This document shows positions 13,115 to 27,000 of a stretch of 64,000 bases of DNA, piece by piece. Each line of letters starts with the position of its first letter. Within the stretch, counting starts at the first letter, position 1. Position numbers and translations under genes: made by a program. This DNA is from Trichoplax sp. H2 (Eukaryota). The notes beneath the pieces were generated by a model, which saw nothing but the letters and a program-made list of their open reading frames with translations, ran no database searches and had not been told where the DNA came from. The stretch is from NCBI GenBank assembly GCA_003344405.1, contig NOWV01000016.1, positions 372,001-436,000 of the forward strand, given 5' to 3'.

Positions 13115-16100
13115 CTACGAATATATTCTGGCCTCGCATAAATCGAGTAAGCACTTGAGTCGATCAATTTCCCGATTACAATGCCTGTAGAACTTTTTTC
13201 TAGCTATAACTAGTAAAATTTCGTAAAATCCATCAAAATCGAGCAATTTTCCATTGTTATGTACAGTATTAATGGCTTTACAAGAGTATCCATATCGATA
13301 GTTACGAGTCATGTTGATAAATAGTACATCTAAGTCGGCGATACATATTTCTTTGCTGGGTATTCGGCAAGCCCTGAAATAAACAGAGATTAAAGTACGT
13401 ATTGCGAGTTAGTAATCTTCTAATTTTATCCGAAGTCACATCTTTGATTAGTTATAACTCAATAGCCTGGATAAAACATATCCATTGTAACGTATAGTTT
13501 GCAAGAATTCTAGTTAACCTTATGAATTGGCGAAAAAAGGACAAAGACATCGTTCTCGTATCATTGCGGCATGAAAATTTTTGATATATCTTGCAACACC
13601 TTTCAATAATTCTTAGCTCTGAATATTCTTCACTTAACTTTGGAAAAATATTACTAAATTGGATAGTTGTTTTTTCGATATTTTCTGTATTATGTGAAAT
13701 TTCCACTTTACTACAATGAGTACAAAATATTTACATATTAAGTTCAATCCGAAGCAAGCCTGACTTAGATTTCGTTTCACATTAAATGTAAGTTAACCTG
13801 GAAATTAATATTAGCAACAACTTAGTCGATAGGCGTAGTAACAAATTACCTTGCTTTGAATGATGGCTGGACCAATTTTAAAGTTTCGGCAATTAGTTGG
13901 CACTTTATATATTCATCAACTGGACTAATTACATTTGAAGATATCCCTCTCTTATTATACCGTTCGTGCTCTATATTTAAGCTTGGGTTCGCATTAACTT
14001 CAAGTAAATGTGGTTTTAAATCTTCGTCCAGTATTACATCAAAACCTAAGATCTAATATCGATGATTAGGCTATTAATGTAACTACAGGGTAATATTTCA
14101 GTAAGAAATATGTAGAATAATATGTTGTATACATTTAAAGTTAAAGCTAAAACAAGGAAAAATTGATCTTCTAGTGCGTCGATAGCCTATTATTATTATT
14201 AATATGCCACTATTAAGTAAATATTATACTGTGCTAACTGTATAACTACTAACAACAGCGTTATTTAATGAGAATAAGTCTAAATATTATCATAAAAGAA
14301 GTCGGCACGGTAATTTAAATTCCAAATCATTATGTAATTAACTTAAACTAGCACAACTTTACTTACATGGAAACAGCTAAATTTGTTATCTGGTACTTTA
14401 TGAATTGCATTCCAGCTATCAAATTCAATTTTTAAACTTGGTAACATTGCAATAATTGTTTTAGCGACTAATTGTTCGATAGCAAACCAAATAATATCAA
14501 TAGAGTGACCCAAATTTTCCATATTTTTTAATACCGAAGATATGGTTCTTTTGCTACCTTCGTGGGGATTATTCATCAATACAAATGATGGATTACTTTT
14601 ATTTAATGAATAATTGGTTAAATGCATACAAGTTTGTCTAAGATTTTTTAAATTTGGTACTTGATACGGCACAGTACAGAATCTTGCTAGACCATCACGG
14701 AATATATAAGTTTCGAGTGGATTTAAATTAGTTAATACGGCATATAATCTTAAATCGAATTTAAAGCCATCAATTAAATACGGATTTGATATATACTTTT
14801 GTATAACAACTGCTTCAGTGATTTGAAAATATAACGCTTCCAGTTGCTTTAAACCTTGCAATAGAAATATACCACGACCTTCGGAACCTCCATCAGGTTT
14901 AACAATAAATGTAGTACTATTTAACTCCTTCGGGCTTAATTTCATTACTTCAGTCATCATTTCTTGTAATGCAATCCAAGTTCGAGGATAAAAGGAGAAA
15001 TGCTTAGGAAATAGGGACCGTAGTCGATTTAGTAAATAAGCAAATTTTGCTTTACAAACTATTTCCTTCATTCCTATAAAGTAAGATTATAACTACGTTA
15101 TTGATATTTCAAGCTGTAGCAGAAATACCGTTGATCTAGACACATTTTATTTTAGCATATTATTGGCTTTATAGAGTGTCATTTATTCTTAAGTCATTTA
15201 AGTCATTTATTCTTAAGTGTAACACCAAAAAAATGTAGCAATAATTCTATAAAAACTGGTCATACTACTGATGCAATATTACCTGGAAATTTATTGACCT
15301 TTCCTTGAATAAATCTTTCTCGACTGGTTAAAGATTTTTCATGCCAATAAATATCACAAGACTTTACGTACAGAATGTCCCAACGTTCCTAAATTATTTT
15401 TAAAATTATAGTTAAAGTCGGTTTCAAAATTTAGGTAGTATTGATTTGAGTACTTTAAAAGTGATAACAAATGAAATCGTATTACAATACTGGCATAGTG
15501 CAGGTATTTCATTGTCTGTAGTAATGTAAAGTACTATGTTGAAGTAGATGCATACTTTAGAACATCTTGTAGAATTGAGTAAAGAAACAACAGCATAAGC
15601 TAATAGAGTAATTTATAAATGATTCCATTTCTTAGACAGAAGTCAATAAATCAATACTAGATGGTAATTAAATATAGGCTATTAGCATTTTCAATCTTGG
15701 TTGAATGAATACTATTTGATGTTAAACTATTTTATAAGAGCGAAGTAAATAAATTAGTAGTAAGCTTATCCTGAATGTGTTTAATATACGTCAAGTAGAG
15801 CATGGATAAAAGAAATTCGCTAATCGGTAGAGCTGACGCTAGCTATTACTGTTGCTGCGATGACACTATGGCAGCATAGGTTTAATTCATCATGACATGG
15901 CGCTTCAATTTCAACTCTATGTAAACTGCATGGATAGAAACTGTTGGATGCAGTTACTCAGATTTGATTTCAATTATAATTTTTTTAATTAAAAATTTAG
16001 TAGAAGAATAAAAATCTTAGTTGACATGCAATAGCTTTCATAAAAGTAGTGCTATAAAATTTTGAATGTTATTGGCTAATCTTGTAGTATTATATGATAT

Positions 16101-16592
16101 ACTGTATGTAGACTGTAATTTCAGCGAATTACTGTTATGTTATGTACTGCAGATATTGATTTGAAATTATCTTTATTTTAGTCATGGAATGTAAAGAATG
16201 AAACTTTAACAAAGTTGGCAATTATACGCTCGTATACTACGATATTAGAACTTATATCAATATCAACAAAAACAGTTCGGTGGAGCGATATTTTGGAAAA
16301 AAATTCAAATACATTTAAGACAGTCTGCTTTCATTCTAAGATTGCAATGTATGCTGTACTATCATGAAAATATAAAATTATGAATCGTTTCCTTTAAATT
16401 AACCTCGTGCCATCCATTGCCCAAATATTTGAAGCAATTTGATAACGCCTTGAAAGATGAATTTGCGTGAGATGTATTGATGGTGATCCTCGTCTGATCA
16501 TTTTGTGACTGTTTGCCTTTAGTTTTAATTCTTCTATCGGTATTGACTGTTTTAGCCCTCTTTAAAAGTGGCCGAGATGATAGCATAGCCAT
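13115..16592 (-). CDS. TTLL11: Tubulin polyglutamylase TTLL11, 6 exons (16592-16404, 15388-15283, 15073-14367, 14052-13850, 13710-13519, 13373-13115)
   Basis: TTL ATP-grasp motifs VNKFPGM, FYPRTW, FIVKPDGGSEGRGI, QKYISNPYLIDGFKFDLRLY, HLTNYSLNK and ILGFDV...LLEVNANPSL, plus a TTLL11-type C-terminal domain (FRQFIRAC...DLDVLFI...LLDLCE). All introns are GT-AG and in frame. Confidence 0.9.
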
Positions 16593-16712
16593 TCCTTAAC
16601 TAGGGTCCAATCGATTAATTATAATAATCAGCTAGTCTACGATATTCAAACAATATGATCATCACTAGCAAATGTTTCTCATTTTTGTTATTATGGATTT
16701 GGCTTATGTTTC

Positions 16713-16726
16713 GTTGTCTTGGTAAT
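16713..16726. promoter_or_regulatory. Candidate RFX X-box upstream of TTLL11
   Basis: GTTGTCTTGGTAAT, about 120 bp upstream of the TTLL11 ATG; close to the X-box consensus. Confidence 0.45.
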
Positions 16727-16927
16727 GTTACCGTTGACGAATTGAAGATCCTTTACGAAAATCAGATGTCACCCGTGATGGCTGTGTATACTGTACTATA
16801 CAATACAGTACAGTACAGTATACTGTAAACTACAGTACTGTACACTTACAGTTACAGTACAAACTGGAAGAGAAGGGTGACATGACTTTGTACTTACAGC
16901 ACACTAATACGATGTGATGTTATGGAT

Positions 16928-16993
16928 AGCGGATAAAGGTCATGTGATCGACCCTTCTGGAGAGCGGACAAAGGTCATGTGATCTACCCTTCT
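16928..16993. repeat. Two 31-bp direct repeats (period 35) carrying GGTCATGTGATC
   Basis: agcggataaaggtcatgtgatcgacccttct (16928-16958) and agcggacaaaggtcatgtgatctacccttct (16963-16993); 2 mismatches. Confidence 0.85.
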
Positions 16994-18081
16994 ATAGTAA
17001 GTCCAGGATACTGCTTGTGTCAGGTAACGAGTATTAATTAGTGGCTGCATTTTGGAAGAGCGTGTTGTGATACGGAATCGTTTCAGCGTATTTTTAATAC
17101 TTCGTAATCCATGCGTTAGCTCTCGTACGCGTACCCGATTGTATCAGGAAGCGTGCGGATGGGACATCATACTGTTTCTCGATAGCAATCCCTATATCGT
17201 TTATTGCATTTATATTCCTAATAACTCGCCAAGTATTTTAAATATTTTTGAATATAGAATACTAGATCAATCTTTATTAAATGTGTTTCAATTTCTTTAA
17301 CTATAATTAGACTATGTTAAACTTATCTGTAGGCAAAATTGAATGCGTCAACAGTTGTGAAATGTCTTTAGTATAGCATCGTAAACGCTTGGTAAATGTG
17401 CGTATGTAAACCTATAGAATCATAATACGAAATAAAAGCGTACTGTAAAGCGTTAGCAGCCTTTGCAAAGGGATCCGCCTATACGCCTAGAGAGCTCTTA
17501 TCCGCTGTAGTCCGTAGATGTGCTTATTAAATTGTTTTATTCAATTTCTCAGCTATTTGGATGGCAAATTAGATAAAAATTAGAAATTATTGCTATATGC
17601 TTGGACAGTTCTTACATGGATAGATGTTGGTATAAATGATAGTATTGAACTTCACAGCGAGTCAATACAGTAGTCTAATCCAGTACGAGGTATTCCAATA
17701 GCAGGGGTTGAAGCTAGCAAATACTGATTATAATTATAATTCATAAATTTATTCTGTCATAGTATAAATTATACATTATCGTTCCGTTAATAGAAGCTAA
17801 AAACGCTCAATTTGATCTACAAAAGCCTATTATTTTGATAGGTTTACTCTCATAGTGGCTAGAACATGTTGAACGGTGCTCTACTATAGCTACACTGGCA
17901 TATTCGAGTGAAATTGTTCAATATCGCCTAAAAATAGATAATATCCGTATGCTTTGAACAGTAATTTCCAGTAAATAAGTTCATCAAATAATGAATTCAA
18001 ATCATAATGATAGTTGTTAATTCTGGTCATCCAATAAAATCAACTGTAGGATTAGGAGTTATAAATAACATTTGTACAAGT

Positions 18082-18663
18082 TGTCACGGTACCAACCACC
18101 GTCAAGACTAAATGACTAAATTTAGTGGTTAATATGCATATATGCAGATAACTAATAATGACTTACAGTAAGAATTACGGTAGTGATTATTTTGTTATAT
18201 TAAATTATGCTGTACTGTAGGAAGAGTTCTTACAGTATACGATAACTAATGTTAATTGATTATAGTGTTTTGTCTTGTAAAGCTTGTGACGAATATCCAG
18301 TAGATATGCAATTATAGAAGATATTATAAATAATTCTGTGTACGGACATACTGTAATCTAATTATCTAGGATCATTCAGTACAAAGATTATGAATGATTT
18401 CTGCATTAATTTAGCTATCCGATATAAACTAAGTTTCATGAATTGTAATGAATTATACATGATAGCAAGCTGCATGATACCAGCTGCCGAAGGGTATTCA
18501 AGCTCGGCGGATAGTTAAATAAAAGAAGAGTTCTAGAATTGTTTAACGTAGAAGCAAAATCGTCTAAATTCTTGTGAGACAGCCAAGGGATACTGATCCC
18601 GAAGACTATAGTAATTTAGAGATTCGTTTTGCGTTATCTTTGTCGCAAAGCTGGTTTGTGGCA
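18082..18663 (+). mobile_element. Solo LTR (582 bp) with perfect 5-bp target-site duplication CAAGT
   Basis: Begins TGTCACGG and ends TTTGTGGCA; CAAGT flanks both sides (18077-18081 and 18664-18668); internal AATAAA at 18518. Its ends recur elsewhere in the window. Confidence 0.85.
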
Positions 18664-20067
18664 CAAGTCTGGTCATTCTTTATAACGCTTCGTGCTTGTA
18701 GGATTGATTAAAATATGAAATATGTGTAACATACGCAAGGGCATAAAACCTGCAAAATAAGATTCGTCATCTCCTTTTAGTTTTAATCAATTGCTTTAAG
18801 GGTTGAGAAAAATTCACAAATACATTATGGATTCGAATCTTATTTGTACTAGCCGGGATAATACATCGTTTTCTAAATTGATGTCAATCTACCCACTCCT
18901 AGCAGAGTTTTCATCGCAGGTGATATAAAACCAAATCTCTACCTCATCTGCCAAGAATGGAAAAAAACTCTCTCTTCCACGAATAAATTCCATTATTTGT
19001 ATCGCTATTTTAATTATAGTAAACTTATACATAAGTCGTAACTTTAATCTGGTGTGTCAAGAAATAACTAAATAATCCGATATTTTACAAAATCGGCAAG
19101 CTGGATTAGAAGCGATAGTGTCTATGAATGCATAGCAATATATGCTACGTAGATCTTGGATTAAGATTTAGCGCGTAGTTATTACTGTAGTCATTATTCA
19201 TTAATACTATCCTTGTAAATCCAAACATATTTCTGAGCTCGAATTTTTTGTTTAGAATTCTCACATGCTATATTCCATCATGGTGACCTTAATTACCTTG
19301 ATCATATCATTGTACGAGTATAGGAGTTGGTACTTTATTGACCTGGTTTTTGATCAATTTTAACCTACAGTTATTATTATTATAGATATCTCATCGACTC
19401 TATAGTTACTATGCCAAATCATTATATAGATATGTTAGATATAATCTTGCTCTTGAAGTATGCATTCAAAATGTAGCCTGCAAATAGCACCATCATCCGG
19501 AGTTATATCGTTAAAACTAATTGTATTGTAGTAGACATATGCGTTTAAATTTTCCAATAAAATTTGGATCTTCATTTAGCCTCGTAATCAATATTTAAAT
19601 CGATGAAATAAATGTTTAATCGTAAGCACACAATATCGTTTACATAGCTTTCCTAATTTATTGAAGGGCACTAGGCAACGCCCAGTGCAGTTTGATAAAA
19701 GCTTACGAAAACTTTTAACCTTTAGTCTAATAAACAAATGGCCATTTCATAAATAATTTAATAAACACACTGTCTTAGTAAAATTGATTACAGTGATATT
19801 AATACAACTACATCTTAAGGACGCTGACTCGTTCAGAACAAATAATGAAGGAAATTTATATTGCAATTTATTACAACTCTGTAACAACTTTCATATAATA
19901 GCTTTAAGTGATAAAACATTCACATGTGTGTAGGCTTACAATGCCATCATAAGAGTTAGAGGAATTACTTTTATATGTTAAGTTTAATCCTTTTATAAAT
20001 ATGGAAATCGCCAAATTTCAAATTTATTCCATATTTTAATGCGAGCTAATTATTCTTGGCTTCAGGC

Positions 20068-21066
20068 TTAATTATTATGGTACTTTGAGCACGGCAATGC
20101 ATGTAAAGTTGTCGTCAACACCTTTATAAAACCGCTACGGAATTTCTTATTTGTTGTACCATATATGATGGGATTTAATGCCGAATTAGTGTACACTAGC
20201 CAGCGACTTAATAATGTTATGACATGTGATATACAATCAAAGGAGGTTAATCTCATTGCTTCCGCAACAAAAAACAATAGCCAACACGTAAAGAAAATAC
20301 CAACAACAAAAAGGACAGTTCTAGTTAATTTGTTTTTAGCTCCAGTATTCCAGACTAAATAACAACAATTTTCATCGCAATGTACAACACGGGTATGACC
20401 TTTTGCAGTGGTAAATATTTTATAATAGGATAAACATATGATGATGGACGGAATATAATAGCACATAGTTACCACCATCGCTTCATAACGGATATCTTTG
20501 TTAAGCTTGCGAAAGAAGCAATGTCCGTAACTTGGTACAAAATCATAATATCCGAATCCTACTAGTGGTAAAATGGATAATATTGATGAAAAAATAACAA
20601 GGCAGCCAATAACAGCGAAAATAATGGATGGGGTTATTTTTCTCTCATATTTGAGAGGCAAGGAGACAGCGTAGCAGCGATCTATGCTAATAACTGCAAC
20701 AAATAAAGCCGAATTAAAAGATAAGAACGTATTGGAAAATGCTGTAAATGTACAAAATGAAGATCCTAATGTCCATCTTGATTGTAATAATACAGTTAAC
20801 CATAGTGGAAAGTTAAAGATCATAATTAAAAAGTCAATAATTGCCAGAGAGGCCATTAATATACTTGCGCCTTTATGCATTAAATTAATACGATAGATTA
20901 CAACCACCACTAATGCATTTCCTAATGCACCAATAACACATATAACCGATGTTAATGACGTTAAAATAATTATTAAAGCTGGAGAAAGTGAATTACAGTC
21001 TTTTAAGATACACCAGCGACTGTAGTTAAGATCATTTGAAAGTTCATTACATCCTGAACTCGACAT
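20068..21066 (-). CDS. Intronless class A (rhodopsin-like) GPCR, orphan
   Basis: Single ORF (332 aa from ATG 21066) with 7 hydrophobic segments and the motifs GN, LAIID, C3.25, DRC, CW and NSALNPIIY...KKFR. Confidence 0.92.
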   Translation of the reverse strand: MSSSGCNELSNDLNYSRWCILKDCNSLSPALIIILTSLTSVICVIGALGNALVVVVIYRINLMHKGASILMASLAIIDFLIMIFNFPLWLTVLLQSRWTLGSSFCTFTAFSNTFLSFNSALFVAVISIDRCYAVSLPLKYERKITPSIIFAVIGCLVIFSSILSILPLVGFGYYDFVPSYGHCFFRKLNKDIRYEAMVVTMCYYIPSIIICLSYYKIFTTAKGHTRVVHCDENCCYLVWNTGAKNKLTRTVLFVVGIFFTCWLLFFVAEAMRLTSFDCISHVITLLSRWLVYTNSALNPIIYGTTNKKFRSGFIKVLTTTLHALPCSKYHNN

Positions 21067-24000
21067 TGTTGTAAACAAAGTTAAGCCGAAAAATTTCGTT
21101 TCAGTAACTTGATTAATAGTGCTATCTCTTTAGAAAATGAAAATTGTAAATATAGATTAAATCCGTATGATTGTGGAATAAAACGGAAACTAGTAGCTTC
21201 TCCAAGCGGATATCTGGATCAATAAAAAGCAATACCAATATAATAAGCTTCATTGTTAGTCTAAATCGAATAATTGAAGGAATAATACCTAGGATTATTA
21301 GCATTTTTATAGTCTTCTAAAATGATAAGATGTTATCAAAAGCTCTCTTCTAACTATTAATAGATGGTAACTGGAGATTGCATTCTAGGATAAAAATTAC
21401 TTTTAATATATCATAGAGCGTTATCTAATTAATGAAAGAAGATTTGGACAAACAAGTTTCCGATTGTAACATTGACTATAGCGAAAATATGTTCGATAAA
21501 TCTAGTACTCACTTCTTAAAAGCCGTGTAATCTATGAGACTAAGAATTGGCTTCTTTGAGTTACCAAATTTTAAACTAATACTATAAATGGAGGATATAA
21601 GATTCATGCAATTGATCAAGAAATTACGATAGCTTGTTTAGAGTATTGACTTTGCTGTAGTAAACTATTACATTATCACATGCTTCATTTATTTTCTATT
21701 TGTGAAAGTTCTATAAATAATAGACTGAACAATTTAAGTCCTACAGCAGCAATTCGATACGATACTCAATATTTCAAGTTAACAAAATTTTTTTTCTACT
21801 AATTTTAAAATAAACATTTGCCTTACCACAACTGAACTTATTTCCTAGGATAGTATTGTAGATAAATTCTCCTCTCCTATTCAGGTTACTTAAATTGAGC
21901 CAATAATTGATAATTCAAGTTAACTTTTAAAAGATAAGAGTTGGTAGAAACCGCAGAGCCGTTGTCCTAAATGTTTTGCTAATTAGAAAAGAAAATTATT
22001 AAAAATTTTCAGCAACATTTGCAATAAATAAGATCTGGTAAACAACTTTATTGCTAGAGCATGTGAATATCATATGGGAAATTTGCTTTCGAAATGAGTA
22101 ATGCACTGTATCATAGCTTTTCAAAAATAAACTGCAGACAGCGATCAACAATCTGAAATAAATTTCTTTTTATTCCCTTCTCGTGGCTTAATTATCTTAA
22201 TACAAACATTCTAAAGCCATTTAAGTATACATGCAAACTACTATGCTTGCATCCCAATTAATTTTAGCGTAATAGTTAGTAATTGAAATTGAATATAATT
22301 GTTGTTTTAGTCATAAAGTTGTCATAACCAATACAACTAGCAATAATTTCATCTTTACCGAACAGATGTGACTCATTAAAGTCCTATTCAACAATAACAC
22401 AAGATAATGTTTGATTAAAAATTAAAAATTCAATGCTATTACCAATGGGGCAGCAAAGAAGGACGTGATCAAGGAATGGTGAGAATTTATAAATTAAACA
22501 GCCTTCTGTTACTACAACAACTACATTGCAGTGTTGTCTAAAATACTGAAAATATCCTAATAGTCAATTGAATATCAAAATTAATCTTGTGGTCAACACA
22601 AACTAGAACTGGCTATTTTAAAAAAATTTGAAGTTTACTTTATTCTAAGCCTGAATTAATTTCTCGTATATGTGAAGATTACTAAAGTTCATTAGGCAAT
22701 CGTAATCGGTTGCCTAAAGTAATAGAAAGTATTAAATATGATATCTTGATCATTCTGATAGAAGAAGGTAGATGCCGTTGGAGTTAAATAAATAATGTAA
22801 CCTTACAACTAGGGAATTGTAAATCTAAACATTTTATACAGTGGTAAATTGTCACTTGTGCTTCCTTCACGAGTAGAAGCTTGTTAAAGTTTCTGGCTTA
22901 TTTATAAGTTCAGAACCTTAGATAGTAAGAAATACGTTTGCTTCCAAGAAACATGCAATCGCATTTTTTAATTAAACCCTGAAATCTCTAACGTATATTA
23001 AATCGAAATCATCGGCATAGAAAGGTATTGTAAGAAATCAAGAGCTGAATTTTCTTGGCTTTAAATTGGTTGTTTCAAATTTCGCATTAATCAAAAGCAC
23101 TGAAATACAAGCGTAACCTATAGGCTTTGCTTTTATATTTTATATTGTAACTTTCAGTATTCTCAGTTTGCATGCAAATTGAAGGCATTAAGATAGAAAC
23201 TTGCCTAAAGAACGAATACTAGTATTTTTTGACTTTAAATATCAATATTTCTAGTTATATAACAAAAATGGTGTTGAGTTAAAAACTTGTAGTAGAAATG
23301 AATAGTTTCATTGTTGATTTAGTTTCAGTATTTCTATTTTACAAATAAATCCAAAGAATTTAGTTAGAGAACTTATTCCAAACAAAACAATAGTCTAATA
23401 CTAACTTAGTTTTCAATATTTCTAGTCTGTATCGAAATCTAAGACTAAAATAAAGCATAGTAAGAGAATTGACAGTGATATATTCAACTTCCAAAAGCTG
23501 AGAATAAAAAGTAGTGATTACTTAACAATAAATACACGTAATTTTGACCTCAGCAATGAATAACTGAGAAAGAAAGACCATTAATGAGAAAGAGGGAATA
23601 AAGCTTTAAAATGCAGTCGCAGTACTTTGTATAATGGATAAAAATTTTTTGATATTTCTATTTATAAGATGAAAATATTGGATGAAGAAGTTTAATTCAC
23701 TTATAGGTTGCAGTTACCTGATACGCCTTCGTAGTTGAAATAGAATAGATTTAAATGATCTTATTAATCGAATTCTAGTCTATTGACCAGCCAAAATTGG
23801 ATAAGCTTCGAGTTCTAAAATTTTCAAAATACTGTTATTAAACCTTAGAATGATAATAAACAATCAATTACCCCAAAGATTCAAGTTAACAAGATGAAAA
23901 TTGTGTCAACAATCTTTTAGTAATATGAAATGAATAAATTGCAAGCATTGTTGATAGTATTTAATAACTACCAGCTAGAATTCAAGATTGACGTATGGAT

Positions 24001-27000
24001 AGACGATTATTGAATAAAATTTCAATCAAATAATTAAAAAAATCAAGACTAGCAGTAAACTAACTGATGTTAATTCAGTTTTCTTATATTATCATCGATT
24101 GAATTCTTGTTGTCATTAAAAAGAATAATACCGTAGCATTAATCAATTAAACCTCTAAGATTCAATTAATTACTGTTTATAGAAAATGGATGAATACTCG
24201 ATTTGTTATTCTGTTGCTAATAAACAGTGAATTATACAATACGTATGGTATTGTTATAAATGACTGATTTTGTTTAAGTTATGAGCCAAGTTAAAAAATT
24301 CGGTTTTGTTATTGAATATTGGGAAATAATTTTCACGCATTGAGTAGTACAACAGTGAGAAAATTATGAATCCCTTGCATAGGCAGGATAATTTATGAAA
24401 TAGACGTATCAATGCTCAGATTGACATAAAATGATATTGAATATGAAAATGGTATTAATAGGTAAATAAATTATGAGGGCAAATTCCACCTTGTTATAAA
24501 ATCTCTTTCCTATGACATAATATCGAATTAAAAGACATGACGCTAATTGTGTACCCAATTTGCCACTATTTAGGCGTACAATAGCAGCATAAACAAATAT
24601 GTATTAGTCTTGAATACAGGGTGAAAAATCTATATTAAAATTTGTGATCGTTTACTAATAAATAATGAATAAAATAAACGTATAGATGATAATGGTATTC
24701 TGGAGACTTACTGGAATGATATGTAACATGAAGAGTTTACAATGGTAAATATAAAATTTCAACTGTTAAACTTTTCAGTCTTTCTTCTAATTCTAGACGT
24801 AATAAATAAATAGCGATGCAGCAGTAAATCATTATCGAAGCTGTAGCTACTTTATAGAATATCTTATGATTATACAACAGACATTCGTTATTAATTGTAG
24901 TAGAACATTGAGAATCGAACACCCAACTTTTGGCAATTGGGTTAATACAATCAGTAATACATGAAGTATACAAATGATTTAGAAATGGACTAACTAGATT
25001 GATGCACATCACCTAGTATTAATAATTGCAGTCATTAAGCGTTTAAATACCCTGCATAAAACTCCATACCAAAATATCTTGTTATCCTAGTACATAGCCA
25101 TGATGGGGATATAATGCTACGTCTGTATCTATTTTGAAACAATTTACGAGATGTTATGACAGGAAAAAATATACACAGATTGGCATAGCAGAAATGTGAG
25201 GAAAATTAAACTAGCGGTGGGTAAGTAAAGAATGCTTTAAGTAAATATAGAGTGGGATGTTATTGAATGAAAACAGCAATTAAAGCTGAAAAATCATGGA
25301 TTAACTTAGGCTTGATGCTTTATCATAGCATAACAAAACGAAAATCGAACTCAAATCTCCTTGTCGATTTGTAATAATTTGAAACTATCGTGACTGTAAA
25401 TACGGGAAATGTTGAATCTTGATAAAATTATTGACTTATTAGACGGTATAAATATTTCTCGAAATAGGAACTAAGATTATCAAATTAGTTACGACTAGCG
25501 TCCATTTCCTTAAAGGTTCATGATAGTATCTAAGAATTAAATTTCCATAACGTTAAATTGATGGTTTTTAAAATATAAGAATTTTGCTACAGACTCATTC
25601 AAAAATTACCAAAACCAGATACAAGTCTTATTATCCAAATAGTATCAAATTTTCTGTTTTATGCAGTAAGAAATAAATGGATAGAATCCGATACTATATC
25701 TCGAATTAAGGCTTAATTTTGATTTATAGAGCAGTATTTATCAATTAAAATTTCTAATTTATATTATAGTAACAAATAGATAAATACTAATAAGACATGT
25801 TGAATTAAAAAGCTTTATGTTAACTTCAAGAGATATAGTTTCTAACCAACACTTCTAATGTTACTCCTTGGTCAGAAACAAATAACACTCATGGATACTG
25901 GAATCGCATCTTAAACGAAAAAATTTCCTTTCCGTTATATAAAAACATTTAGTAATGAAATATTTTAATCTTATTTTCTTATGTAAAGAATGATGGATAT
26001 CTACAAAATGGACTGTCTTAAAACATTTATTTCACTGCAGAGTATTGATTCAAAATTGAATAGAATTTTTGAACATATTTGCATTTAGACTTAAACATTA
26101 TGAAATTCTCAAATTAGGAATTACAGTAAAATTAATCAACTCAATTTTGTCTAATTTATAAATTAATCGGAACCAAGTCTATTTAATCAGCTTGAAATAA
26201 AGGATTTAACTATCCTCTTATCCGAAACATGTTTATTTATCGTTAAAATTTCTAAATCTAATTGATGGAATGTCTGCCCCTTCTTTTTTGACATTATTAT
26301 TAATTTAGTAAGCTTTGCAGAAGGTGAAAGAGTTATGATAAAATTCAAGTGCTGTAAAAATAAGAAATCAAATTATATTGAATACTAAATAGCGGAAGTC
26401 TGTCATTATAAGAGTAGAATAATACAGCAAGAGAAAATAAAAGGTTTTTAACTATAATCATTTCTTAACTACTAGTAATAGTAATTTACTTTAAACTGCC
26501 TTTCAATATAGAGGAAATTTAATTAAAATGGAAGTAGCAAGTATCACTAATCTATCCAAAATCATTGATTGAAAATTTTACTACTAATTGATGAGGCCAA
26601 TAGAGCTACGTTACATCAATAGATACTATTTGAAACGACGTACACTATATTAAGCGAGGAAAAGCACTTAAGTTTTTATCAAATACCGCTTAGTGCATAT
26701 CGGTAGCCACGGCTAAGGAAACTTCAAACTAGATAATTATGTAATAAAAGTGGCGTCTAAATTCTTCCATTCTCTAATATCAAGATTTCAGCCATAACGT
26801 AGAAACCAGAGTTAAATGTTTCAAAAGATGTTCTCGAAAGATTCGTAAAGTGAAATGAAATATTAAAATATTTCGCAGAACATGCCCTTCAAAGTCAATT
26901 ACACTTGATATTCTCGTAATACTTGTGCCATAGTGAATAACATTATTAGTATAGCCATAAAGCAAGATAGAAAGAAGAATAACTAATGAGCTAATTGGTA

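Noticed and set aside
20165-20896. Plus-strand ORFs antisense to the GPCR
   Set aside because: Shadow frames of a hydrophobic coding sequence; no motifs.
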